Source: Octopus bimaculoides (taxonomy: Eukaryota). Taken from it: DNA of 39,214 nucleotides. The notes under the pieces were generated by a model. It saw only the letters and a program-made list of their open reading frames with translations. It made no database searches and had not been told where the DNA came from. This document shows positions 10,781 through 21,611 of the stretch, in pieces; positions within the stretch are counted from its first letter, which is position 1, and each line of letters begins with the position of its first letter. The stretch covers positions 27,068,094 through 27,107,307 of the forward strand of contig NC_068996.1 in assembly GCF_001194135.2 (NCBI RefSeq), given 5' to 3'. A program made the translations under genes and the position numbers.

Positions 10781-11394
10781 GCTGCTTTAACTGTTATAAA
10801 AATATCGAGACACTTTTTCTTTTTAATACTTTTTTCATAGGAGGAAAAGTAATACTCCTGATCCTTTTCAGGGCCTTTGTCCCTGGTAGGAGATAGAGAA
10901 CTGGTGCAGGTGCTCTCAACAACAGAGACAATTTCACTAAAGGAACACAAGAGTCAAATGGACAAATTAAGTCAATGACTCACGATATTAAGGTATAAAC
11001 TAAAATCTATTAGAAGTATGAAAGTATTGGAAATATTCCAGACTCCATAAGACATATACATGATCTACCACATTATATTACATTGCTCTATGCTATTTCA
11101 CAATACTATATCACAATACAACCTAATTCTTCCACTACACTACTATGCACTGCCATACCACAATACACCACATCACACACACACTACCATATTACACTAC
11201 AATCACTCACACTACATTATATGCACTCAGTAATCTGTGAACTACTTTCCTAGGTTGCTAAGCCTATACAGAGTTGTTCTACAACAATACATAGAAAATG
11301 TAATTTTCCAAGTGTCATTCCACAAGAGTTTAATCTTTCTACCAGTGTTTTTAACTAACCTATACGCCCTTCCTACACTTTCAAAAAACATGTA

Positions 11395-11642
11395 CACACA
11401 CAAAACATACATGTGCACACAGACACACACACACACACACATATGCACACATACATGCATGCACACAGACACACATGCACACAACATACACACACACACA
11501 CAAGTGCAGACACATGCACACACACACACGTTCACACACATGCACACACATATACACACACAACCGCACATACACATGCACACACATATATACACACACA
11601 CAAATACACACACACATACACAAACACACATGCACAGACACT
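11395..11642. repeat. (CA)n-rich compound microsatellite
   Basis: Directly visible; explains ORFs at 11237-11830. Confidence 0.95.
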
Positions 11643-12837
11643 ATTTCATAAGTATGCAGAGTTATAGTAACATCCTCATACCATTCTACAGACACAGTTA
11701 CCCAACTATTTCATCTCTACATAAACCACCTCAAAACCTGTTAAGCACCCTAATCCTTTATCAAATCACAATGACATGCAACATAGTGTACAATATTAAA
11801 TATAAGGGAGGTAAATCTCCTCTTGGTTAGGATGCTAGTTTATAGCAAGTAGCTTTTCTCTCATAAAGAACTTAACCTAGCAATGCAAGCTAGCAAATAA
11901 CCTCAGATTAACAGTTATTACTACAGTTTGTTCCATCTCTGTGGCACCTATCTATAGCTAGACAGACTGGCTCTGAGTCATTTGATAGTTAAATTTCCTG
12001 GCCATGGATGGACATTATGTGACACAAAGAGCAGGATATGAATTGCTGGCTTGTTCGTAGGTTGTCTTCTATGTTCTTGGACTCCAAATCAATAGACTAA
12101 AAGAAGCATCTACCAAATCCATTATTTCCCTTCTTACCATTAACAGCAAAAAACATTAAGTACAACCAACCATACAATCCACAACATAAAATAATACATA
12201 CATAGGAAACAACACACACATAGGAAACAATATTAAGGGTTACCTACAATTCCTCTTTAATATTGACAAAGCACATAGAAAACAGTAAAGAGAATAATGC
12301 GACACACAAACATAGAGCAATCACAAGAACCCCATTTAGGCAAAAGATAGAAACAATACATTAGATCCAATATGGACTATGTCAGTCCTATGTCATGCAC
12401 CTCTAACTCTTCAGATCAAAATAGATTACAGATAGCACAAAAGAGTACACTACTCATCATAACAGTCTGTACATGGACCATGCCTAAAGACCACACATAA
12501 ACAAGAGAGCCTACATATGGTCACATAATCTGGTAGACATAACAGCTAAGTTACATATTACTTTATATATGAAACAGACACATTTGGTAATGAACGTGGT
12601 TCTTGGTTCCCTATACATAAAGAAAAGGAAGGATGGTCACAAGCAGAATGTTTTTAAATACAGGTCTGCTTCACCAGGACTGACAAGGATCTAAACAACA
12701 TCAACAACCTACACAACGATGAGGTCTCTACAAACACAGACACAAAAACAAACACACACATATGTATACACATATGTGCATGTGTGCACGTGTGTGTGTA
12801 CGTGTGTGCATGTGCATATGTATGTGTGTGTGTATGC

Positions 12838-12948
12838 AATGAGCTTCTTTCAGTTTCCACTCACAAGGCTTTGGTCGGCCTAAAGATATAGTAGAAGACA
12901 CTTGCTCAAGGTGTCACACAGGGACTGAATCTGGAACCATGTGGTGCC
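12838..12948 (-). mobile_element. SINE family B head, partial
   Basis: CTTCTTTCAGTTTCCACTCACAAGGCTTTGGTCGGCC..ATAGTAGAAGACACTTGCTCAAGGTGTCAC. Confidence 0.75.
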
Positions 12949-13129
12949 AAACAATGATTAGGCATAAGTGAACATTAGGTTAGTTAACATATATTTGTAA
13001 TTTATTTATGTTTTTATACCTTTTACCATAACAGTGAATCTTTTTCTCCACAGTAACTGCAGTAAATTTGCCTCTAGAAGTTGAAATATGTCACAAACAT
13101 ATTTTAACTAACCTAAAGTTCTCTCATAT

Positions 13130-13260
13130 ATATATTACCATACCTAGAAATAAGTGAGGGTTGGTGACAGGTAGGGCATCCAGCTGTAGAAGATCTGCCT
13201 CAACAAATTCTGTCTGGCTCATGGAAAAAGTGGACATTAAATGATGAAGATGATGATTAT
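13130..13260 (+). mobile_element. RTE-tail-type SINE-like repeat ending in (GAT)n
   Basis: GGCATCCAGCTGTAGAA..TGCCTCAACAAA..CATGGAAAAGTGGACATTAAATGATGAAGATGATG. Reverse-complement homologues at 16495-16670, 24850-24990 and 34770-35100. Confidence 0.6.
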
Positions 13261-13395
13261 ATATGTGTGTGTATAGAGAGAGGGGGGTACACTGGTGTCT
13301 ATTCATTCATCATGCCTTTTGATAAAAGAATGAAAATGATGCAGTTTGTAAAATAGGTCCAAATCATCAGTTTAACTTGGACCCTTTATTTATTT

Positions 13396-14313
13396 NNNNN
13401 NNNNNNNNNNNNNNNNNNNNNNNNNNNNNNNNNNNNNNNNNNNNNNNNNNNNNNNNNNNNNNNNNNNNNNNNNNNNNNNNNNNNNNNNNNNNNNNNNNNN
13501 NNNNNNNNNNNNNNNNNNNNNNNNNNNNNNNNNNNNNNNNNNNNNNNNNNNNNNNNNNNNNNNNNNNNNNNNNNNNNNNNNNNNNNNNNNNNNNNNNNNN
13601 NNNNNNNNNNNNNNNNNNNNNNNNNNNNNNNNNNNNNNNNNNNNNNNNNNNNNNNNNNNNNNNNNNNNNNNNNNNNNNNNNNNNNNNNNNNNNNNNNNNN
13701 NNNNNNNNNNNNNNNNNNNNNNNNNNNNNNNNNNNNNNNNNNNNNNNNNNNNNNNNNNNNNNNNNNNNNNNNNNNNNNNNNNNNNNNNNNNNNNNNNNNN
13801 NNNNNNNNNNNNNNNNNNNNNNNNNNNNNNNNNNNNNNNNNNNNNNNNNNNNNNNNNNNNNNNNNNNNNNNNNNNNNNNNNNNNNNNNNNNNNNNNNNNN
13901 NNNNNNNNNNNNNNNNNNNNNNNNNNNNNNNNNNNNNNNNNNNNNNNNNNNNNNNNNNNNNNNNNNNNNNNNNNNNNNNNNNNNNNNNNNNNNNNNNNNN
14001 NNNNNNNNNNNNNNNNNNNNNNNNNNNNNNNNNNNNNNNNNNNNNNNNNNNNNNNNNNNNNNNNNNNNNNNNNNNNNNNNNNNNNNNNNNNNNNNNNNNN
14101 NNNNNNNNNNNNNNNNNNNNNNNNNNNNNNNNNNNNNNNNNNNNNNNNNNNNNNNNNNNNNNNNNNNNNNNNNNNNNNNNNNNNNNNNNNNNNNNNNNNN
14201 NNNNNNNNNNNNNNNNNNNNNNNNNNNNNNNNNNNNNNNNNNNNNNNNNNNNNNNNNNNNNNNNNNNNNNNNNNNNNNNNNNNNNNNNNNNNNNNNNNNN
14301 NNNNNNNNNNNNN
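13396..14313. other. assembly gap (N run)
   Basis: Ns. Other gaps: 17855-18195, 19477-19689, 22291-22402, 25682-25734, 29924-30355, 31066-31527, 32923-33113. Confidence 1.
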
Positions 14314-14660
14314 TCTCGCCTACTAAATTTCACTCACAAAGTTTTGGTTTACTTGATGCTATAATGAAAAAATAACACTTGCCCAAGGTGAAGCACTTAG
14401 TGTTTGACATATTAAAAATGTTAATGCTAAAATATGTGAGAAAAAGAAAAAAACATCGGTCAACTACTGATATTTATTACTAATTAATCGTAAATTATAT
14501 ATTAGCAATTATGTATATATAAAAGTCATCTATGTGCTATACTATATATATAGTCATTAAGTATGGCACATAGATAACTTTTTGTATATATAATTGCTAA
14601 TATATAATTATATATACACACTGTTGATAGTATTTGTCCAGAAATAACATTTCTTTACAG

Positions 14661-14769
14661 ACTTGCTGTGTTAAAAAAACACCATAAATATCAGAGAAAT
14701 GAAAATTCATCCCAGCAGCAGCCAGTGAGAGCACCAGATGGATTATGGCCCTTTTGGGTCTTTTCAATG
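14661..14769 (+). CDS. candidate internal coding exon (R-LAVLKKHHKYQRNENSSQQQPVRAPDGLWPFWVFSM)
   Basis: Acceptor ATTTCTTTACAG, donor ATG|GTGAAT, open frame, non-repetitive and relatively GC-rich island. Starts in phase 2, ends in phase 0. The opposite strand is also open. Confidence 0.3.
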
Positions 14770-15291
14770 GTGAATACTTCCAGCCATCTACACAGTCAGA
14801 CAAGAATTCATCATCTCTGATATAGAAAAAAGTGAATGAAACAGTCACTGAATTTTAATCTCTCTCCCTCTCTCTGATATTTATTGTTTATAGCAAAACA
14901 AATCCATAAGAGATGTTATTTATGGACAAATACTGCAGTAACTGGCCTTTCAACAGTGTACATCTATTAAATATCATACATGGTCTGATCAATAAGTATC
15001 TGAATTGTTGCCATAGTAAAGCATGTGGAGTGAAGTGGCTTGGCACAGATTGGCCTTGAACTCTGCTGTGCATGCACAATAAGTTTTAACATTCAAGCTC
15101 ACTTCCACTATTTACAACAGTGCTTGGAAAGAAGGTGTGTAGCATGTGATCATCGCATTATTGCATTAACCATCACAGAGAAAGGTGAGCAAAGAATCTG
15201 CATCAAATTTTACAGTTCTATATTTAAGAGATGAGGAATTATGTACATTATTTACATTTGATAGATATTTGTCCTCATCTTGTTTGTTGTT

Positions 15292-15337
15292 AACACAACA
15301 TTTCAGCTGATATACCCTCCAGCCTTCATCAGGTGTC
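15292..15337 (-). ncRNA. minimal type I hammerhead motif (family 1, copy C)
   Basis: Reverse complement: GACAC-CUGAUGA-A-GGCUG(GAGGGUAUAU)CAGCU-GAAAUGUU-GUGUU. Core intact, two C>U changes. Confidence 0.7.
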
Positions 15338-15357
15338 TTGGGGAAATTTCGAACCAA

Positions 15358-15403
15358 GACACCTGATGGAGGCTGGAGGATATATCAGCCGAAACGTTGT
15401 GTT
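15358..15403 (+). ncRNA. minimal type I hammerhead motif (family 1, copy D)
   Basis: GACAC-CUGAUGG-A-GGCUG(GAGGAUAUAU)CAGCC-GAAACGUU-GUGUU. Keeps palindromic stem III ACGU and a GUU cleavage triplet; one A>G change in the CUGAUGAA block. Confidence 0.7.
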
Positions 15404-16146
15404 AACAACAAACAAGATGAGGACAAATATCCATCAAATGTAAATAATGTAAATAATGTAAATAAAATTTGCCAAAAGCTTGGCAATACCTGCTCAAAGA
15501 CCTACACAAAGTTTTCAAAAGGTTTTCATCGTTCTTGACACAATTAAGGAGATCTTGTGTAATTGAAACCTGAGTGTCTTTTTAGTAAGCTGAAAGCAGT
15601 TTTGGCACAAACTTGGCAGACACACATCTCAGTAATAATGGACTGAACTGAATCATAATTAATCTGCACATCCGCTGATAACTCACGAATAGTGATTTGA
15701 CAATTTCCCCTCAGAGCTGCATGCACATCTGCAATGTTTCTCTCAGTTCTGCTGGTGGAGGGTCTCCCAGAACATCAATATCAATATATCAATATTTTTT
15801 TTGGCCATCTTGGAAACATCTGAACCACTAGTACACTCCTCTCCATACACTTTCTGCAACTTTGTGCAGGCCTCTGAGCAGGTATTGCCATGACAACTTT
15901 CTCTGTCATGGTCAATGCAATGATCACACTGGAAACAGCGGAAGTGAGTTAAAATGTTAAAACTTAGTGCACATGCACAACAGGGTTCAAGGTCAATCTT
16001 TGTGAAGTGGTTTCACTCTACGTGCTTTAGCTTCGTTACTATGGCAACAGTCTAGATACTTATTGATCAGACCTTGTACATAGATGGCTATTTCAATTAA
16101 ATACTGCCACAATTGTATATATATGATAATTCTATATAATTACTAA

Positions 16147-16350
16147 TATTGGTTTCAAATTTTGGCACAAGGCCAGCAATTTCAGGGGAAGGAGTAAGTC
16201 AACATTGACCCTAGTGCTCAACTGGCACTTATTTTATCGACCCCAAAAGGATGAAAGGCAAAGTTGATCCCAGCGGAATTTGAACTCAGAATGTAAAGAC
16301 AGATGAAATGCCACTAAGCATTTCACTAAGCATATGCTAACGATTCTGAC
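16147..16350 (-). mobile_element. SINE family C
   Basis: Colinear with 10575-10780 (TATTGGTTTCAAATTTTGGCACAAGGCCAGCAA..CAACTGGCACTTATTTTATCGACCCC..GGATGAAAGGCAAAGT..ATTTGAACTCAGAATG). Confidence 0.8.
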
Positions 16351-17697
16351 ATAATTATAATATTATTCTGCTTGTCATGGCAGATGTTTGAGTGTGAAAC
16401 TTTAAAGAAACCCTAACTATAGAAATGAAATCATTAAAATAATGGCTTTAGCAGTGTTGGCTTCAGCAAGATTTGAACTCAGAATTATCATCATCACCAC
16501 CATCATTTAGCATCTGTTTTCCATGCTAGCATGGGTAAGAGAGTTTAAGGTGGTTTAACTGGAGCTGGTAAGCCAGAGAGCTGCATCAGGCTCCAGTCTG
16601 TTTTGGCTTGGTTTCTACAGCTCCATAGAGTGTACTGGGTGCCTTTTACATGTCACCAGCACGGGTGCCTAAAGATCTGAAAGAAATACTACAAAGCATC
16701 TCTTTTTTACAATGTTCTCATGATTCGGCCAGCATGCCATCCTCAAATCTTTGACAAAATTAAACAATTCTCAGTGTTAAGCTTTTGACAGTCTAATTTA
16801 TAGAATTATATTGTAGATATAAGAGAAATTTTTCAAGTAATGAAACATATTTCAGTGTTAAGCTCTAAATAATATTAACTATGGTTCACAATCAAAGACA
16901 TAAGCAGAAATCTCTGTAAAACAATATAAAAGAAGCTTGAGCATTGTACTTTAAACAAACATAACAATGGAACAAAATCAAGGACAGTATTGAAATGAAA
17001 TCAAAATGAAATTGAGATAAAATTGAAGTAAAAAACAATGAGGCAATGTTATGAAGATCAATAAATTTATGCATCAAAACAGAAATAACATTTATAAAAT
17101 GTGAAATTTCATTCAATCCCACTAGCTTTAATAATTTCCACAAGATGAACGAAAACTCTAGGCTTCAGTTTTATTATGAATCATGACCTCCTCAGCAAAG
17201 CAGAGTTTGTTGTAGTGATGAGAGAATTAGTAAGTCGATGTACAATAATACATAACAAAGACAGACAGTGAGAGATCAAATAGTTTAGTGGATAAATTAA
17301 TCAGAGATATTATCTTCATAAAGAATGATATTTGAATTAGTGTTAACATAACCTTATTTCTAACAACAAATTGTGTAACCCAGTAAAGAGCAACACAGAA
17401 AAGTTGGTCCCCACCTCTTTTCATGACATACCCACATGGCCTGAAGCTACATATCAGTTTCTCTATGTCTGCTAATCAACTACAAAGAGAAAAAAGGTAA
17501 TGTGTGAATATAGCCACAGTGTTAATGACAGTGGTTAAGATACTTGCTTAATGCTACATTTTCTGGAAGGGATGGTGTGAGTACAATCTCATCACCAAAA
17601 ACTGTCTTTGAGACACTTACCTACATCACATTTCTGGAAATAACATCTTACAGATTATATTTTGTTTGATTACATTTTGCACTAGTTCCAAGTCAAG

Positions 17698-17729
17698 TGA
17701 GTGTGTGTGTGTGTGTGTGAGAGAGAGAG

Positions 17730-17773
<44 letters not shown>

Positions 17774-17800
17774 AGAAAAAAAGAAAGAGAAAGAGAGAGA
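17698..17800. repeat. (GT)n(GA)n(GAAA)n microsatellite
   Basis: Directly visible. Confidence 0.95.
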
Positions 17801-18334
17801 AATAAATACATAAGGTATCATTTTCCTTGTTAAATATTTTAATTCTCTCTCTCTNNNNNNNNNNNNNNNNNNNNNNNNNNNNNNNNNNNNNNNNNNNNNN
17901 NNNNNNNNNNNNNNNNNNNNNNNNNNNNNNNNNNNNNNNNNNNNNNNNNNNNNNNNNNNNNNNNNNNNNNNNNNNNNNNNNNNNNNNNNNNNNNNNNNNN
18001 NNNNNNNNNNNNNNNNNNNNNNNNNNNNNNNNNNNNNNNNNNNNNNNNNNNNNNNNNNNNNNNNNNNNNNNNNNNNNNNNNNNNNNNNNNNNNNNNNNNN
18101 NNNNNNNNNNNNNNNNNNNNNNNNNNNNNNNNNNNNNNNNNNNNNNNNNNNNNNNNNNNNNNNNNNNNNNNNNNNNNNNNNNNNNNNNNNNNNNNTAACA
18201 GATTATTGAAATGCATTTTATACTAGCATAGCTGGAAAAAAAAATACATTTCAGGACTTTGTTGTCTCCAGGGTCCCATAAAAGTGAAAGTGTTTACTTT
18301 ATCAAAAACTAAATAAGTTCCAAATCAAAAAGTC

Positions 18335-18902
18335 TAACCTTTTAGCATTCAGATTAATCTGTCAAATGTAAAAGAACCCCTTCAGTCATGACTAACCATG
18401 GGATTTCACCTAGAAAGTTACCCTCCAAAGCACAAGTCTGGACAAGGTTGTTTATGTAAGACCAGCAGTCGCTAATGCATACCAGCCTCCCCTCTCCAAG
18501 CCACTGATGTTATCCAAGGGAAAGGCAAAGGTCAATACAGCTTGGCACCGGTGACATCACAGCTCATTTCTACAGTTGAATGAACTGGAGCAACATGAAT
18601 TAAAGTGTCTTGCTCAAGAACATAACACACATCTTGATCTGGAGATCGAACTCATTACCTCATGATTGTGAGCCTGATGCTCTAACCACTGAGCCATGCA
18701 CCATCACAGTCTGTTAAATGTAATGCCTGGTTTTGTATTAATCATGTGTTATCTAGTAACTTCAAGATATTGATGATGTGACTGTTTATTTTTAGGAAGA
18801 CATTGTAGGGTAGGTGTGGGGGAACAGATCTAGCCCAGATAGAACATAAAATGGGTAGAATATTTAAACTGGATATAGCTAGTTTAAATGCTAAAGGGTT
18901 AA
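18335..18902. mobile_element. piggyBac-type MITE (TTAA/CCC ends) interrupted by a SINE
   Basis: Right end AATGCTAAAGGG-TTAA (to 18902); degenerate left end TAACCTTTTAGCATTC. A second, 3'-incomplete copy starts TTAA-CCCTTTTAGCATTC at 24371. Confidence 0.6.
18372..18709 (-). mobile_element. tRNA-derived SINE (family E) with 14-bp TSD
   Basis: Reverse complement head TGGCTCAGTGGTTAGAGCATC...GAGTTCGATCTCC (A and B boxes). Flanking repeat TCTGT(C/T)AAATGTAA at 18358-18371 and 18710-18723. Confidence 0.8.
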
Positions 18903-20082
18903 TGTCTTTTCTTAGAAAATAAAACTGTTAAGAAATGAAAGTAAAATAGTGGACAAGTAGAGTGCCAGTCAGGTACTATAAAGCATCCATGGTGGCATTT
19001 TTATGATTGAAGTTGAATTCACAAAATGTTTTATTTAACATCTTAATTAACACTAGTGGGACCTGTGAATATTTCATGGAATTAATGGTAAGTTTATTGG
19101 GCTATTTCTGAAATCTTTAACCAAAAAACCTAAAAGCGTAGCCTGTGTTGTATCTGTATGGAAAGATAGCCGCTCATTTGCTACTCATTAAAAAAAAAAT
19201 GAAAGAAACTGGAATACGATGATTACTTAATGCGCTTTATATATTCACTTTATATATTCACTTTATATATCTCATGCACAATTTTATAGACTTGATACAC
19301 AGCACTCATAAAATAAATATTCACTCTTATTTTTCTATTTTCCCCATAAAAAATTATCCCATATGATACAACCTTTAGTTGAATTGCATTTATCTGCCAT
19401 GTAAATAAGCGTGAATATTTCATGGAATTGCACTTGAGTGCATGCGTTAAGTGATAAGTGATATAAAAAAAAAAAANNNNNNNNNNNNNNNNNNNNNNNN
19501 NNNNNNNNNNNNNNNNNNNNNNNNNNNNNNNNNNNNNNNNNNNNNNNNNNNNNNNNNNNNNNNNNNNNNNNNNNNNNNNNNNNNNNNNNNNNNNNNNNNN
19601 NNNNNNNNNNNNNNNNNNNNNNNNNNNNNNNNNNNNNNNNNNNNNNNNNNNNNNNNNNNNNNNNNNNNNNNNNNNNNNNNNNNNNNNNNTCAGAACATCA
19701 CCCCTCTATTAAAATTATATTTCTAACTCTCCTCTATATCACTACCTTCAACTAACTTTTTTAACCACATAATAAATATTACATTCCCCCTGCCACACAT
19801 CATGGACACACTTTTTCTCTCTCAGTTTCTCCTCCCTGCCTCTTTCTGCCTCACTCTTCATCTTATCCTCTTTTTCTTTCTCCTCTCTTTCCCTTCAACT
19901 AATTATTTGAAAACATTAGAATTACATTCCCTCAACCTTACATCATGGATGCTTCTCTCTCTCTTCTTCTCTCTCCCTCTTTTTCTCTAGCCACATGAAA
20001 GTGCTACCAACAGGCTAAGTAACATAAATGACAAGCAGAATTATTATAAGATGAGTAAAGGATGATTTTAGACTGCTACGTT

Positions 20083-20405
20083 TGTGAAGGCACATGGTTT
20101 AGTAATTAGGATTTTCAGCTCACGATCGTAAGGTCATGAGTTCAATTACCAATAGCATGTTGTGTCATTGAGCAAAACACTTTATTTCTTGTTGCTCCAG
20201 TCCACTCAGCTGGCAAAAATGAGAAGTACCTGTATTTCAAAGGCCCAGCCTTGTCACATTCTGTGTCACGCTGAATCTCCCTAGCAACTACATGAAGGGT
20301 ACATGTGTCTGTGGAGTGCTCAGTCACTTGTGCATTAATTTCACAAGCAGGCTATTCCATTGATCAGATCAACTGGAACCCTTGTTGTCCTGACAGAGTA
20401 CCAGT
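20083..20405 (+). mobile_element. SINE with a family E-like head and the family A 3' tail
   Basis: From GTACCTGTATTTCAAAGG (about 20227) onward it matches the 3' half of 713-1091. The 5' part (CATGAGTTC..TTGAGCAAAACACTTTA..TTGCTCCAG) resembles the 18372-18709 head instead. Confidence 0.7.
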
Positions 20406-20489
20406 TTTTAACTACAACATTTGATGACTTAAAAGACACACAAGAATATTAGACGGACCCCAATTTCAGCAGTACATATTCAGTAAAAA

Positions 20490-20915
20490 TGTGTGGTATG
20501 TAGCTTCCTTACCAGCCATATGGTTTCCTGTTCAGTCCCACTGTGTGGCACCTTGGGCAAGTGTCTTCTACTATAGCCTTGGGCTGACCAAAGCCTTGTG
20601 AATGGATTTGGTAAATGGAAACTAAAAGAAGCCGTGTGTGTGTGTGTGCACGCGCATGTGCGTGTGTGTGCACGTGCATGTGCATGCATGCATGTGTGTG
20701 TGTGAGTATATGTTTGTGTGTCTGTGTTTGTCCCCCCAACATCACTGGTGTGTTTACGTACCCCACCCCATAATCTAACGGTTCGACAAAAGATACTCGA
20801 TAGAATAAGTACTAGGCTTACAAAGAATAAGTTCTTGGGTTGATCAGTTTGACTAAAGGTGGTGCTCCAGCATGGCCACAGTCAAATGACTGAAACAAGT
20901 AAAAGAATAAAAGAA
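20490..20915 (+). mobile_element. SINE family B, near complete, with internal (GT)n/(GCAT)n tract
   Basis: tRNA-like head, GGCACCTTGGGCAAGTGTCTTC block, microsatellite at 20633-20715, 3' part ending GAAACAAG(TAAAAGAA)n. Confidence 0.85.
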
Positions 20916-21584
20916 CAAGTGTTTAGTGCATTAAAATATGCAATATTAACTCAGCTTCGTATACTGAACATGGGATGGTTTTGTTGAGACATTTCTTTTT
21001 GAAAGAAAAAATGTCTTATATGCCATCAAATACAGTAGTCAACTGTATTAAATGTTAAAAACAAATACAAGAGACACAATTACTTTCCCAAGAAATATAC
21101 AATCTTTTTCAATGAATTTGACATTGTGTGGTTGTGGTTGGGATGTAAAGCTTCAAAACGACCACTATGGAAGGGTATTGGGAGAGTTTGTTGCAAGAAA
21201 TTATCATTGCAAACACATTTTTACGGAGAAATTTATTTCTTGTACAAATCGTCAAGCTTGGATATTATTGGAAATAGGAAATGGTGATCATCAAAATAGT
21301 AGCCCATAAAAACACACTCATTTTCTCCCCACCATCAAAAATACTATCACTTTCACCTGGAATACACTTGCTTCTAACAATTGTCATGGTAACGAAAAAG
21401 TGCCAGTATTTCTTATTAAAAAAAAAGTGTCTAGGTGTAATAAAACAAAATGTATCTGTTTTAAAAACAATGAAGATAAAAAAATTATGTTTTTTAGCCC
21501 CTTTCTTTCTCTATCAATATAGATTTTTGTGTGCTTGTTGGTCGAAATTTACTTTTTAGTGTTAATACATTTTTTGATTTTCAG

Positions 21585-21611
21585 GGTTCCAAGGACAAGA
21601 AATTAACTTGA
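21585..21611 (+). CDS. candidate terminal coding exon (GSKDKKLT*)
   Basis: Acceptor TTTTTTGATTTTCAG; phase 0 fits the donor at 14769/14770. Very short, so weak support. Confidence 0.15.
   Translation, partial: GSKDKKLT

Larger units (their letters stand above)
15213..15465. mobile_element. second palindromic twin-hammerhead element, inserted in the mariner ORF
   Basis: Same left end (CAGTTCTATATTTAAGAGATGAGGAATTATGTACA) and right end (AATGTAAATAA) as 5711-6114. Arms are joined almost directly at 15341-15354. AAATTT occurs on both sides, splitting ICIKF/CQKLG. Confidence 0.8.
14979..16076. mobile_element. mariner-derived element built from two inward-facing 5' ends
   Basis: TIRs CATGGTCTGATCAATAAGTATC (14979) and reverse complement CAAGGTCTGATCAATAAGTATC (16076), TA on both sides. 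Left arm encodes ITEKGEQRICIKF/CQKLGNTCS on +. Right arm encodes HAALRGNCQITIRELSADVQINYDSVQSIITE on - (mariner HTH region). Confidence 0.75.

Noticed and set aside
13377-14375. Long ORFs made of X residues (also 17827, 19451, 22157, 29764-30424, 30983-31546, 32706-33276)
   Set aside because: They span N gaps; there is no sequence evidence.
17384-17497. Possible exon ending at strong donor AAAG|GTAATG
   Set aside because: No acceptor with a good pyrimidine tract gives an open frame reaching this donor.
21052-21309. 85-aa non-repetitive ORF (MLKTNTRD...)
   Set aside because: No recognisable domain, no convincing splice sites, and the length is within chance expectation. The nearby ATTGTCATGGTAAC (21380-21393) is only an imperfect X-box.
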